From Mizuhopecten yessoensis (lineage: Eukaryota), in the NCBI RefSeq assembly GCF_002113885.1, contig NW_018407390.1, forward strand, positions 2,725,587 to 2,789,586: DNA of 64,000 bases, given 5' to 3'. Shown in pieces: positions 43,111 through 56,559 of the stretch. The position numbers and the translations under genes were made by a program. The notes beneath the pieces are model-generated. The model was not told the origin of the DNA. It did not search any database and worked only from the letters and a program-made list of their open reading frames with translations. Each line of letters begins with the position of its first letter. Position 1 is the stretch's first letter.

Positions 43111-46100
43111 TGGTTACGTTTGTTAGTCTCTCTTTCCTTCCTATTGTTTTGCATCCAGTTCAGGTACCTTTTGTTTTTACTGCTAATACCTTTATTCTGT
43201 TTTACAATATTACACAAGGCTTGGCTTGATTATTACAAACAACATACGCTAGCGATCGTTTCATATCAAATATCTGAAGATGTACCAGGCAATATCACTG
43301 TATTTTATACTACTTCTGGGTTCATTTCTCGGGGCAGACAGTTTCTTCTGATGTTCAATGATACGACAGTGCTTGCTCCTTATGATACTAAACGTATACT
43401 CGCAAAGCATAGAAAGACTGGCTAAGGAACGTCATGTCATCCAGTAAGTTCTTAAATGTTAATAATGTGTTCATGAGCTCAATAACGCAAAATAAATTCA
43501 AACAAAATTTGCAAGTGCGTGGTCACATAAACAAGAAGCATAGATTTATCACAGCGTTTACTCACAGGGACAGAATTGAGCTCAAAATTAATACGTAGCT
43601 ATTACTAAGGACACATCGGAACTAAAATGAGCCACTTTAAATAACAGAAGGAGGATCCCTCTGGGAAGGTTCATGGGTTCTCCCTTACTGTGATGACACG
43701 CAGTGCTATTTTTTAGTCCACATTGGAGGTTTCAAATTATAAAGCTCCGAATTATTGGGTTTTTTTTAGAACTTTTTACAGTTGCGTTGAATGTGGTTGA
43801 TTCATTTTACTTCGAAAATCACTAAAATAGCGGTGGTTGTTTTATAAAATACATGGTGCTACGTATGTTATGCGCGAGTGCGATCACACATCGATCTCGT
43901 AGTGAACAGCAAGGCTGTATATATATATAGTTGATCACTCAGAATTAAATCAGTTAAACATTGTCCAGGACTATTTGTTTCCATTTTGCACTCAAAAACA
44001 GTGATCAAATGTCTGTCACCTGCCATGTGTGAAAAAATCGTTCCATATATGACAGAAAGTGTCAAATATTTTAACAATTCAATCGGTCAATACAAGGTAG
44101 GCGATGTGCTGAAGGATAGGAAAGAGATAAAAGAAGAAGAAAAGACAAAAAGGAAAGAAATAACACAATTATTTATGAAATAGTATTAATGTCCTCACTC
44201 GATTTGAGATGAAACCGGTCAAGATCAGCCAACTGGGAAGTGGTTTGTCGCTTGTGTTGAAATTGCCACGTCCCTTTTAGACGTTCAATATATGAGATGT
44301 GGGTTCTGTGTGTGTGTAATGTGATTCCATGACGTACATAACTGGTCTATCTATCATTATCGACGTATGTACTGTTGTCGATGTAACACCGTTAACAGTA
44401 AGGCAATACACTAGATGCGGTGTTCTTCAGTCTATTTCTTTCTGTGAAAAGTTGAAAGTTTACTTTACGATAAACTGAGGAAAATGAAGATGGATACCTT
44501 AGCGTGTTTGTAGGATCATTCCTCACATACGCATGTATATTGCATTTACATGGCATTATCACTAAATAAAGCAACCATATGAATGATGCAAACAAAGTGC
44601 TAAAAATGCCGTTGCCCGCCAGATTGTTGACGTCATCAGTATAATGACATCGCAATTGTGAAGTTCCATAACGGAGAATGATGGTCACATGATACGCAAT
44701 ATTTACATTATAGCAATAATCTGTGTTGCTTTCAGATATACCATCCTTAACAGGACTACATACAAATATAATAATTCATAAAACATACAGTAAAACTTAT
44801 ATGCTGCCATCTTATGATCGGCGAGTTTTTACGTTGTAAATGATTTGGTGATACATGACAGAATAAAGTAAACAGAAGATAATGGTTTTACTGTATCTCT
44901 CTAGAAGCATTGACTTTCTATTTAGACATGTAAACGTAGCAGTGTTTCACGCCTAACACAAACCGACATACAAACTATGTGTGTTTGGATGTTTTAAAAA
45001 GGGTGTTTAAAAATATTTTCCTATTCAAACCAATTGCTGAATTTACTTCCAACGAGTTCCAATGTATGCTAGGCCTTATTCAAAGGGATGCTGTGTACAA
45101 AAAAACAGTTTCTCATTAGTTTACTATGCTGACAAGTGTCCCTTGCAGGTTTAGGGAAATAATCGGGTAGCGGACTTCTGAGAATCTAAAATTGATCTGT
45201 TTCCCCAATCGCACACTTTATCACGATAATTTTCTCTGTTGTGTACTCTTTTTGGCAGTTTTTCCTAGGAACAAACAAACAAATAGCGCTTGCTCCATCT
45301 TAACACCTGCTAAGCGGTTGATCTGTTTCTCTTTATTCATTTGTAAAATTGATTTTCTGAATCATTTAAAAGGATACCGTCACATTCAAATTGCAGAACA
45401 CACATCTCACTAATACATGATGGACATCCGACTTCTAATCACAGTTCGTTGTGCAATTGAAATACCCGTGTGGCGTTTGCATTCGTTTCTGCTTTCGACG
45501 CCACGCTGCTAGCAATTACCATCACTAAGGGAAGGAGAATGCCTTGTTGAGTGTCCTTACATGGAATCGTCACAGTTGCAGTTCATGGCCTGAAACAAAA
45601 TCGCATATGCATACCTACTGAGCCGTTTTTAGCATCGGATATGTCTGGGTTTTTTCTGTCCAATGGCGAACTGTATAACCCCACATTTATAATTATTATG
45701 ATGTGATATAGTTTTCATATATTGTATTTATTAACTCGTGACTTAGTAATTAATGACGCAATATCAAAATGAGTATATATTATATATTCTATGATGAAGA
45801 ATCTCACAGTTACCGAATCCAACGATGGACTACAACCAAATGAGACACAAACTACAGCTTGAAGAAACTAAACATATATTATAAATATATCGGAGAACGG
45901 GAAACAGTTAAGAGGGATGGGGTCTGTTTGTGTTTAGTGACCACCTATTTTCCATCAAGCAAGCTAGTGTTATCAACAGGAATGTTAATTACTTGTGCAA
46001 AGTTTGAAACGTATCAAGGCTCATACGAGCCAACACTGCGTTGTAAAAAACAACAAAACACAAATTGACAAAAATAAACAAACAACTAAGAACAGAAAAA

Positions 46101-46193
46101 AAATCTTTAATGTTCATAGACATTTGAAGCGCCCACTGGCAACGGAAAGCCATGGAGAAATGTACGTGCTTGTTTTGAGACCATAAATCTGTT

Positions 46194-46199
46194 TTTATT
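46194..46199 (-). terminator. Candidate AATAAA poly(A) signal of the neuropeptide-like gene
   Basis: First minus-strand AATAAA I found after the stop at 46521, about 320 nt downstream. Confidence 0.45.
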
Positions 46200-46396
46200 C
46201 GCAATTTTTTTTTAATTAGTAATCAGAAATGGTTTGCACAAATTGATGAATACTTATAAATTGTATAAAAACAACGCAGTGGATATATAAATCTTAAGGT
46301 AGTTGGAACAAACGATAACCTGGTCTTAAATATTGAAATAGATATGTCAAACCTCAAATTTATAGCGTTTTCATGAAGGTAGTTCTAGATTTGTAC

Positions 46397-46523
46397 TCTT
46401 TATGTGATTTCTGTCCATATTTGGGTCCGATTGGACACCACACAAAGTCACTTCTTTAATTCTTTATGCGATGTGGTGTCCACATTTGGGTCCGATTGGA
46501 CACCAAACAAAGTGAATTCCTTA
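46397..46523. repeat. 64-bp tandem duplication at the start of the 3'UTR
   Basis: tctttatg..gtcca.atttgggtccgattggacacca.acaaagt occurs at 46397 and 46461. Confidence 0.9.
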
Positions 46524-46639
46524 CTTCCGACCAGCAGCTCCGAAGCGCATATAGAGAGGACTGTTGATGTTGCTGCCATACCCGTACATAGCCATAATCC
46601 GAGAAAACAAGTCATTCAAATCCTGACGTTTGTTCATTT
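46521..46639 (-). CDS. Terminal coding exon of an amidated neuropeptide precursor (tentatively QSGamide-like)
   Basis: Strong acceptor tattatttttatttattccAG| entered in phase 1. Translation (E)MNKR-QDLNDLFSRIMAMYGYGSNINSPLYMRFGAA-G-RK-stop: dibasic site, N-terminal Gln, Gly amide donor and terminal dibasic residues. Confidence 0.85.
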
Positions 46640-49287
46640 CTGGAATAAATAAAAATAATACATATATTCAGTACAGCAAATCGGAGAGTGATCTTGATAT
46701 TATTTTGTCTTACTTCTTTCCTTTAGTATTTCTAGGGAATCTTACAGAAACTTTTTTTTGCAGAATTATCTCTTTTTAATGCCTGTAAGAAAATTTCAAT
46801 ATATTTGGAAATAATGCCTGAAATACGTCACAACTTGTATGTCAACAATAATACATAAATTAATTAATTAATTATTATGCATTAAGTATTCGAAAAATAG
46901 TTTAATACAAGTATATCAATACAAATATAAATATATCATTTATATCCTGTTTTCAAATTCTCTGTTCCAGTTTTGGCGAAGATTATCAGTTATACGTTCT
47001 ACATCTGTTACAGAGCGTATTTCTGTCCTGTGATAAATAGATATATATAGATAGATACATTGTGATGCAATGATAAGTACAGCAGACCGATATTGGTCTC
47101 TGCAAACGTCTCCTTGTCGGCGTATACGGTAAAGAATCCCCAATCACAAAAGTCACATTCTACAATCATACAGTCGGATACAGCAGGGCTATTCTTAACA
47201 GGAATACTTGTTGGTAATTTTCTTACTTTTAATGATATTAATCATCTGTTTTTAATGAATTACGTAATGTCGATAAACCTGTATTTTAATTTACGTTGTA
47301 CATATATGTTCATTGTATGACCTTAAAAGTACGAAATAAAGATGGCGTAAATAATGATATGGCTACATTACTTTAACATGTGGTTTGGTTACCTTTGACT
47401 CTCCTTTCACATAACTTTGAAGGGGACTTTTAATTAATGCGTTGTTATTTTTACATTATGCTCATCTAAATTTTAGATAGATACAATTGTATATTACGTT
47501 TTATTTATGTTTTTGCAGCATTATATATTACTTTAATTGTCAATTTGATTCGTTGTAATTTTCATGTGTCACCTACTACGCTTTCCGGAATTGATGTAAC
47601 AAATATGTTACTTTGCCTCGCATACAGATATTAAACAGGTTCGTGACAATTATTACGACGTACCTTATATGAAAACATAGTTCTGTACTATAATTTGCAA
47701 AAGCTTTCCTTTTTATTATTTACGTGGAATTGATCTAAGCAATAATATAAGATATTTAAGATACTTGCCAAGTAAAATTTTACCATTATTCTGTATAGGA
47801 AATATGCAGATTTAAAAGTGTCTTCTTTGAAGGGATACTCACCATGAGGCATGAATTAACATTTGTAAAGTAATACAATACATTGGGGCATAAACCACAA
47901 GGAAAGGTTTACGTTGAGACAATTAAAAATAGTCGAGGAGACTATGTCTTTCGGACGAGTTTTCGTCTCATAAATCATCGACTCCAACTGTCATGTGGTT
48001 CTAGGTCACTTTCTCAAAGCCAGAGGATAACGTCAAAGAAACCAGAAGGCACACAAATGACCAAGGTAAAGAAATCAAAATAGGATATTTCCCAACACGA
48101 TCCTTGGGCGACCATATCAACAGTCACCTCTCGAAAACCTTGCTATGTTAGTTTGTCAGCCGTCTATATACATATGTCTCGGAAACTGTTATACAGGTAT
48201 CGTATGCAAGGACTTGAATACCGAATCATATTCGAAATGAAAACAACGTAAGCTGAGAAATCAGAGATTTCACTATTAAGGAAGGGAATGTTCACAATGG
48301 AAAAAATGAAATTGTCACGGTAAATAAATAGTCATCCCTTTCTTGTCAGAGTTGGTCAGTTAAGTCCAAAGTAGGCGATTGATGTAGGCTCAGTACGGTT
48401 TATATGATCGACTTGGCCAATGGGTTTTTTTTTATCTTAAAAAGTTAAAGAGTCAGAAGGAAATAAAATATGTTAGCCAGCACAGAAGTTCAATTTGTTC
48501 ACATGGAAATGCGAACACTCTACTGTTAATTCTTGCCACCAAAACCCAACAAGGAAAGTGTCAACATGGAATATCATTCACACGATTTCATATTCAGTAT
48601 ACTTCATCTTGGTGTTTTTCATGTGCTTCTCAATAGTTAACAGCCATGTATTGGTATCGCTGTCCGCTGTTTGGGGGAATAAGCTCCTGATAGAGTGGTC
48701 AAGTCAAATGTTCTGATTAAAAAGGAACATATTTTAAGAGAGGACGCTCAGGCTTCAAAATACAGAGTCCACTTCTCGATAGTAGCGTCATAATACGACT
48801 GTAGCGCTAATTCAATGGCACCAGGAATGGAAGCTAGGAGTTTGGACAATAGCTAAGTAACTAGTTGTTCAGAGAGGTGCCCTTGACGTTTCGGAATGAA
48901 TGCAAACGAGGCAGGTCAATTTTCTTACCACTATCTGGTACATTGTTTGTGAAATGACTGTAATACAGAAGCGTGATAAGCTAACATTTCGTTTTTTCAA
49001 CTTTTTGGGGAAAACAGAAGTTCTTTGTTATCACGCTTTGGTGTATGATATTACATATAATAATAATGGCAATTTACCCCTTGTCATTAAATGTTGCGTT
49101 AGCGGAATGTTGTAACTATTAATATGCAAAGGTTTAAGAATAGAATATGTGTTATGGTTTGTCAGTGATTTTATGAAGTCTCCAAAATAGTTTCCAAATG
49201 TCATCGATCAACATTTTCATTTGAAACCTCTTTTCTTGTTCGTAATACAGAGACTGGAAATGAATATAGCGTACTTCGAACATGCTA

Positions 49288-49797
49288 GACAACCAGTGGT
49301 TCCTCTGGAGATCTCTGTGGAAACGAACATTTTGGACAACCAGGTGGTCCTTCTGGAGTTCCTCTGTGGAAACGAACATTTTGGACAACCAAGTGGTTCC
49401 TCTGGAGATCTCGGTGGAAACGAATATTTTGGACAACCAAGTGGTTCCTCCGGAGATCCTCTGTGGAAACGAACCTTTTGGACAAACTAGTGGTTCCTCC
49501 GGAGATCCTATGTGGAAACGAACATTTTGGACAACCAGTGGTTCCTCTGGAGTTCCTTTGTGGAAACGAACATGGTGGACAACCAGTGGTTCCTCTGGAG
49601 TTCCTATGTGGAAACGAACATGGTGGACAACCAGTGGTTCCTCTGGAGTTCCTATGTGGAAACGAACATTTTGAACAACCAAGTGGTTCCTCCGGAGTTC
49701 CTCTGTGGAAACGAACATGGTGGACAACCAGTGGTTCCTCTGGAGTTCCTATGTGGAAACGAACATGGTGGACAACCAGTGGTTCCTCTGGAGTTCC
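49288..49797. repeat. 43-44-bp minisatellite, about 11-12 copies, inside the neuropeptide gene intron
   Basis: Unit gacaaccagtggttcctctggagttcctatgtggaaacgaacat(tttg/ggtg). Confidence 0.96.
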
Positions 49798-51240
49798 TTT
49801 TTAAATTATTGTTTCATACACAGAATATTATTTCTTCAACATTTTCACTAGATTTTCGCAATTTGGTTGTGGTTCAGTTTAGAAGATTTTCTAATATTAG
49901 CCAATCCCGTAGTGCTTCCAATCAAATAGTAAGATTAAATGTTTAGTAAATGATGTCCATCTATTTGTACGTCCTATATGATCACAACACTCTAACGTAC
50001 AGTATCAAAGCTTACACTAAACTCAGACACGTAAAAAGCGGAAGTTTATGTATTATGCCGCCCGTTTGCTTTGCATAAAAGGTTATAGCAGTCGGATGAA
50101 TGCCGCGGTAAAAAGACGTTAGATGTATATACTGGGGGAAGCGAGTATTTACAATTTAGCCGATGAAAACATTGTTACGGATACTCTGGAAAATTACCAA
50201 ACCATAATATTGTTCATAACATAATATCACATGGATGCCAGGTATTCTCTTCCAGATTAATTAAAACAGTTTTAACCATCTGTATATATAGCTAATCCTT
50301 TTAGACGGATTATTGATCGTGTATCTCTTTCTGTTACTATAATTAAATATTTCAGTTAACACAAAGATTTCTAATGCTTTATAACACGCTCTTGCTGGTT
50401 ATCTGACTGGATAAAGGTACATATATACATGTAGCTACTCTCTACTGTTAATCATATTTTTCACGAATATTATCGATCGTTCTTGTTCGCGATTATAATC
50501 AATTCACAAAAAAAAAACACCGAACATTTTCTCTTTCGGCAGAAACATTCACAAGTTATGTTCCTGATTGGTTTTCCTCACGACCTGACGCTAATATACA
50601 TTGTAAAATCATGTGACTTAACGCTAATCTAGCGATATAATCGTGATTGAAAGCAGTCGTTACCTAATTATACTGGCGGCAAATGATATCAAATACTTGT
50701 TATTGTCCTAAGGCTTGGTTAATGCTATACATTTTTAATTGGAAAAGGTCTAATCGGTTTTACGAACTTCGTCAAAAGCGTGCTAATATATCGGCGAATA
50801 CATAATCGAATCGGTATTTTTTTTATAGTCAATTAATGAATAAAGCTCAAACCATCACACATAAAGATAAGATTAGATGTTTTCCTGTAATTTTGTGACC
50901 AATCGTTATTTCGAGAACAAAAGCTTTGACCTAAATAAAACTCGAGTGAGAAAAAATAATTCTTTAAAACAGAATTGAAATATGATAAATATGTAAATCG
51001 AACATCTTCAAGGTCAATGATAAAATCTTAAATTCATGTTGAAATAATAACAAATGCATCCGAATATATGAAGAAATGTAAAATACTTTAGTTCGTGTAA
51101 TATGATATTTTCTGAAAATTCATGAACGATTACATGTACGTGTAATGTTAACTTTTAAGGGTAAATACACATAGCAAGAAACAGGCGTTACATTGTAATA
51201 ACAAGTACAAGTGTAATACAAATATATGGGGTTTACCTAC

Positions 51241-51340
51241 CTTGCCTTGGAATGGTGTACGCCTCAGACAACTCAATGAACAGCATCGCTAACACAGGTG
51301 TGGCGAGCAATAGCCAGGTAAAGAATAAACATTTAACCAT
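51241..51340 (-). CDS. First coding exon (signal peptide) of the neuropeptide precursor
   Basis: MVKCLFFTWLLLATPVLAMLFIELSEA|YTIPRQ + G, 100 nt, ending at a phase-1 donor AAG|GTAGGT. The phase is compatible with the exon at 46639. Confidence 0.8.
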
Positions 51341-51497
51341 GCTTCCCCTAATTAGAACAACGCTAAATCTACCTGTAGTTTGAACCGGTTTACTTGTTTA
51401 AGGTAGTACACAATTGGCTTTTACGTAAAGTCTTTTACGTAAAGTCGTAGCAAAGGTTGAGCAGTGAGATAATGGGATGAATTTATCAAAGTAGTCC

Positions 51498-51504
51498 TTT
51501 TATA
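51498..51504 (-). promoter_or_regulatory. TATA box of the neuropeptide gene
   Basis: Minus strand cggcaTATAAAAgg, about 160 nt upstream of the ATG, with pyrimidine-rich Inr-like sequence about 30 nt downstream. Confidence 0.55.
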
Positions 51505-52797
51505 TGCCGATTGTATTTTATTTCATTCAAAGGTCTCACTACGCGCACTGCCGGAATTACATCGTCTGACGCGCGTGATTCTTCAAATAGAAGCTGGCCT
51601 CCACCACAGACGATTTACAACCGTTCATGAATATTTATGAGTTCCTTAAACGAGCACTCTTTGCTGAAGATGTGTCGTCTGTTCAGTAAATGGTAGTAGC
51701 ATTAACTGGTCAGAATCAAACGAAGGAAGCTATAACTTCCAACATCTACCCTGTCAACAACATTGGCAGAGGTTCCGAAAACAGCTTTGGTCAAATGAAA
51801 CCAAACTGCCATTAAGGCATCCCGTAGGGAGATTGAATAGGAATTTACAAGTAGTAACAAAATACTGGGACGAAAGGCTGTTATCAACTTCAGTTAAATG
51901 AAAAGCTAAAAACCCGAATCTGTAGTGCCATGTGCTCTAGTTATCGATTGGCCTTGTGTTTTGGTAATTTTGAGAACGATACAAATACAAACAATTGTTA
52001 TAGTGTATCTACATGAAATAGGTTTTTAAAGAATCGAAACAAACGTTAGCAATCAAATTAATTATTCATGAACTCTGGAGAAGAATATAAAGGTTGTTAA
52101 TAGATTAAGCGAATCAAACTGTTCAATAAAGGTCTTTGTACGGCATTCCCCACGGTGTCGCCGCTGGAGATGTGTGTAATTGTGTGAATAACAAAAAAAC
52201 AACAAAAAAACTATCGTCATCGACGCAGTAGCTATAGCAATAACAACTACTTCAATGATGACTGACAATTAGGAGCACGTGTTTATGAATTCTAAGAAAA
52301 TAACAATCAGTGCTTGCATTTTATATTATACACTGTATTTTATATTATACACTGTATTTTATATTTTATCCCGCCTCTGACAAAAATGAAGCGCCTCGTC
52401 CAATACAGGTTTTTTCGTGGACCCCATATATTTCCGTATACCCCCTGCAAGTAACTAATAATACACTGTATTTTATTTTATACATTGTATTTTATATTAT
52501 ACACTGTATATTGTAAAAGATCACTATGGTATACGATTTAAGAAAATGTTTTTTAATATTTCAGGTAAACCGTGTCAGAATAATTAAGTTTAAACAAGAA
52601 CTCAGGAAACTAACTTTCTTTGTGTGGTGTGTTCCAAGGCGATGGAATGCAGATAGAAAGTACTTTATTACAATGATAGTTTTATCTCTCTTTTTTTACT
52701 GACAGGATGATGGATACCTGGATGCATTGAGAAAACAAATGTCACTGTTCGGAGAACCAGATTTGAGACACCAGTATTCATACTCATTGTTGCTTTT

Positions 52798-52870
52798 CCG
52801 ACATCACATGACATGATCCGACATCACATGACATGATCCGACATCACATGACATGATCCGACATCACATG
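52798..52870. repeat. 20-bp tandem repeat, about 3.6 copies
   Basis: ccgacatcacatgacatgat repeated. Confidence 0.95.
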
Positions 52871-52875
52871 ATAGA

Positions 52876-53065
52876 TTTGTTTATTTGGTTTGTTTAGTTT
52901 AGCTTCCTCTTTACAGCTAATGCCATTTAAGGACATGCCTCCTATCTCTATTTGTGTAATGTATGTGTATGTCTGCGGGAGCCAGTATGTTGGTGTATTT
53001 GCCTTCTTCTTATGGCACAAATCTGATACCGACCAGTACTCTACTCGGTCACATTACACCACAGG
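52876..53065 (-). mobile_element. SINE 3' half
   Basis: tttgtttatttggtttgtttagtt..acagctaatgccatttaaggacatgcctcc..ctgataccgac..actcggtcacatta, reverse-complementary to parts of the SINE at 10030. Confidence 0.6.
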
Positions 53066-53869
53066 TAAATGACGTAACAAGTGTCTGCAGCATAGTCATG
53101 CAATAGAAAACAACATGCATAAACTTCAATTGGCGCATTGATAATCAAAGGGCGCTGAAATAAGACTATCTATACAATATGTACATTTGCAGTACTTAGG
53201 ATCACAGACAATACAAACACAACGATAACTTCAGATAGTCTATATACAAATGACTTGGAAAAATAGGTCATTATATATACGTTCCCAATATATATCTCAT
53301 TCGTGAACGCTCAGCATATTAATCAAGGTAAAGAAAACAGATGCCCGGCGAATCAAAGTATTTTTTTCAATAAACAGAATTATATATATATATATATATA
53401 TAGCTTCTTTAATTTCATAAAGTTCGGGGAAAATCACATCAAAGATGACCTACTTTACAAGACATTCTGTTCTATTACAGGGACAGACAGATACATGTAT
53501 AAAAGTTCACTTCGAAACATCCTACGAATATATTTACCATCAAGGATTTCGTCCAGAAAATTTAGCAACCGTTGCCTGACGAAACTAAGTAATGAACTGA
53601 GCAGCTAGCCCAGAGGAAAACGAGACTAATAAAAAGGCAATAGGACAGGTATATTTAATTCAAAGTCAAAACTTCAAAACCTAATGGATGATATGAATGG
53701 CGATGAAACTGAAGTGGAAAATGCGCTGGTTTTCACTAAAGTACAAGAAGCCAGACGCTATAGGGGTGTCCTCTTTTTCACTTAGCTTCTGAATGACAAT
53801 GCGCAAACCTTAAGTGATGATCACGGAGCAATTTACATTTAAACTGAATAACTCAATCGTGATTTCGTT

Positions 53870-54370
53870 GAAATTTTCTTCCTGTAGGCGTGCTTCCTAA
53901 GATTATGAAGACTATGAAAAAAACCCAGTACCTTTGTAGCATCAATTAAAACTGTCTGGTGGCAAACTGTATGTAAGGCGACGCTATGAACAGAGAAAGG
54001 GTTCCATTCAGTTTATACGGAGGAGTTCGAATCTCATCAATATGCCTTATAAGGAACGACATGATCCAGGTATGAGAATTTCAACATCGATCCAAATAGA
54101 ACGCATACGTCACTTAAATCGCTGAAACCTTATATGTGAAAACATCTGGACCAGACATGTTGAAGACTTGACAATGCGCCAAAAATCTTGGAGATTATTA
54201 TATCCACTTCTTTCGAATAAATCCACCCATTTGTCAAGTGACATTAAATCAAGGAACAATTCCAGACGACAGGGGAAAGGCCTCTATCGTACCTGTTTAC
54301 GAAACGGGAGATAAGGAATACCGAAGTGGAAACAAACCCGTACTACTGTTTGTGTCTTTGCTTATGGTGT
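53870..54370 (+). mobile_element. Decayed CR1-like LINE fragment (start of the RT domain)
   Basis: Reads QVTLNQGTIPDDRGKASIVPVYETGDK..NKPV, compared with consensus SLxxGxIPxDWKxAxIxPxxKKGDK..NYRPV; an SGPD motif lies upstream. Confidence 0.7.
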
Positions 54371-55892
54371 TTACATGATATGCAGACGGTTCCTACAGAC
54401 GGTGGAGCAACTCAAGGGTCATTTTAAAGTATAAATCACTGAAAATTATAGGCAGGGCACGGAAGCTTGACACTCCACCAGCTATCAAGGCCTTTCCGTC
54501 ACTATTTAATGCACAACGCCGACCAAAAAGCAATGTCCCAATTTTTCGGGACTTTTGACACCTCTATTTTACCTCACTTGAGTTAACGATCAACACTATA
54601 GGCGAATGTGAGGTAAAAAATCAAAATTGTCAATGGACACAACTTTTCTAATAATTACATAATTTATTTCATTTTCTATCTGTTGCACGTAAAAGTTTGA
54701 GACATGTACATTTTAATATTTTAATGAAGATCTTTTAATAAAAATTTTTTAATTGAATCCCAACAGTGATTTAGACCACACCATTCAACACAAACAGTCC
54801 CCACAGGTTTGGTAAAGGGGTGTCCCAAAACTGTAGCGCCAAAAATAGCTGTTTATTTACTTACCATAGAGTATATTTTTGATTGAAAGCAAACAGCACA
54901 GACCTTTTACCGAATCACAATCCACCATCACCAGTCAGTGCACCGATAACAAGTTAACAACCTGATAATTTTTCTAGATCATATTTTTTTTTAATTTCGC
55001 ATAAATGTTGACTAAACACGCAACAACACTACGGAACAAGAGTGTTCTGAATGTTAACAAACCATGGATTTCAGATAATTTTACGATCGCTCTAAACAAA
55101 TTAGCTACCTGGTCAATGAAAGTACATGTATCTTGGCTCAGTGTCGCTATAGTTACGCTTCTATATTCGAAACAAAACTTAGAATATACTACAGTAGAAT
55201 TCTCTATTGTTTTGCCGGCAGTGGGACAGGAATCCGTTAATTATTTGCTATGTTTTTTAGATGTATATGACCAGTTAAATTATATCGCTAATATATACGT
55301 CGTTATCTTGTGTAAATAAGGATTGGCTATCCAGAGAGATATTCGTTTCTTTACTTTTGATTTCTCTGACGATATCGTTTGCTTAAATGTCTAGAAAGGA
55401 TTCATTTTTAATTATTAGTATTCGTATCAATGAATAGAGTATTTGAATTGTTTACATTTCGTTTAAAAACAAAATCGTTTGAATAATGAATGAATTGAGC
55501 AAAAAACTTCAAACATTAACATACTACGACAAGTAATGAAATAAAACATTAAAATGATGTAGCAAATAGCAGTTAATGGTTAGAAAATCATTAAATGATC
55601 TTGTCATATAAAGTTGTAAAACTTCCCTGATGTTTCTTCTCTCTATAAACACCACTCGGTACGTACCAGGTAACTACTGTATCATTTGATACGTGCTCTG
55701 TCACAATTTAGTGCAGAAATAATACCCAAGACTGTTAGGTTTCTCTTAATGTGGAATTCCTTTAAATTAGATTTGCGAAATTGGAATTATTAAGTTATCA
55801 TTATTTAGCTAAGATAAGATTGAGACATTTCACAACGCTACTTTACGTCGGCGGCTCCTGGTGTTATGGTCACTTTCAATGAGAGCCTTTCC

Positions 55893-56122
55893 TCCTGACA
55901 TATCGAGGAGGATATTCCGTCTTTGCGTATTGCAGAGTTATCTTCTCTTGGGAGCAGGAATTGATTGTTACGTCATTGGTTTGTGAGAGAAAATTACGTC
56001 GTTTTCTCAAAAATTAATGACGTTACTCTCACAAACAAGGGACGTAACAATCAATACCTGCTCCTAAGAGAAGATAACTCTGCAATACGCAAAGACGGAA
56101 TATCCTCCTCGATATGTCAGGA
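55893..56122. mobile_element. Palindromic MITE (about 230 bp)
   Basis: Left tcctgacatatcgaggaggatattccgtctttgcgtattgcagagttatcttctctt is the reverse complement of the right end; pairing continues imperfectly toward the centre. Confidence 0.9.
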
Positions 56123-56559
56123 AGATAACTCTGCAATATGCAAAGACGGAATAGACAGGACAGGGACAGGAGGTAGAGGTAGTGTATCATTCAGAAAACT
56201 TATCACAAACAGGGAGATTATGGGAATTTATCACTCACCTGGATTCCATTTACCTTTAATAATAATGCGTATTTCAGGAAATATATCATAGACATCACAT
56301 GTAACATGACAGTTGACATACATATTACAGTACAACATACATATATATTACTAAAAATATTAAACAGAATATCACAGGTTTTTGGAGCAGTCCAAGGAGC
56401 ATGTGATTGGGCATCCCCTTCCTATAAGCTCTCCGGACGCTCAAATCCTAATGAACCTACATGAATTAAATTATCGTCAGTAATAAAACATTGTATTATC
56501 TTAAAATATTATATAATATATGAAACTAATATTCATAACTGATTTTAAGATATAGGTAA

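Noticed and set aside
49152-49946. Overlapping ORFs on both strands
   Set aside because: Products of a 43-44-bp repeat whose unit is not a multiple of three.
52706-52815. Plus-strand acceptor followed by DDGYLDALRKQMSLFGEPD, faintly NPF-like
   Set aside because: An RxRF match needs a frameshift, there is no Gly-dibasic site and no upstream signal exon; probably chance.
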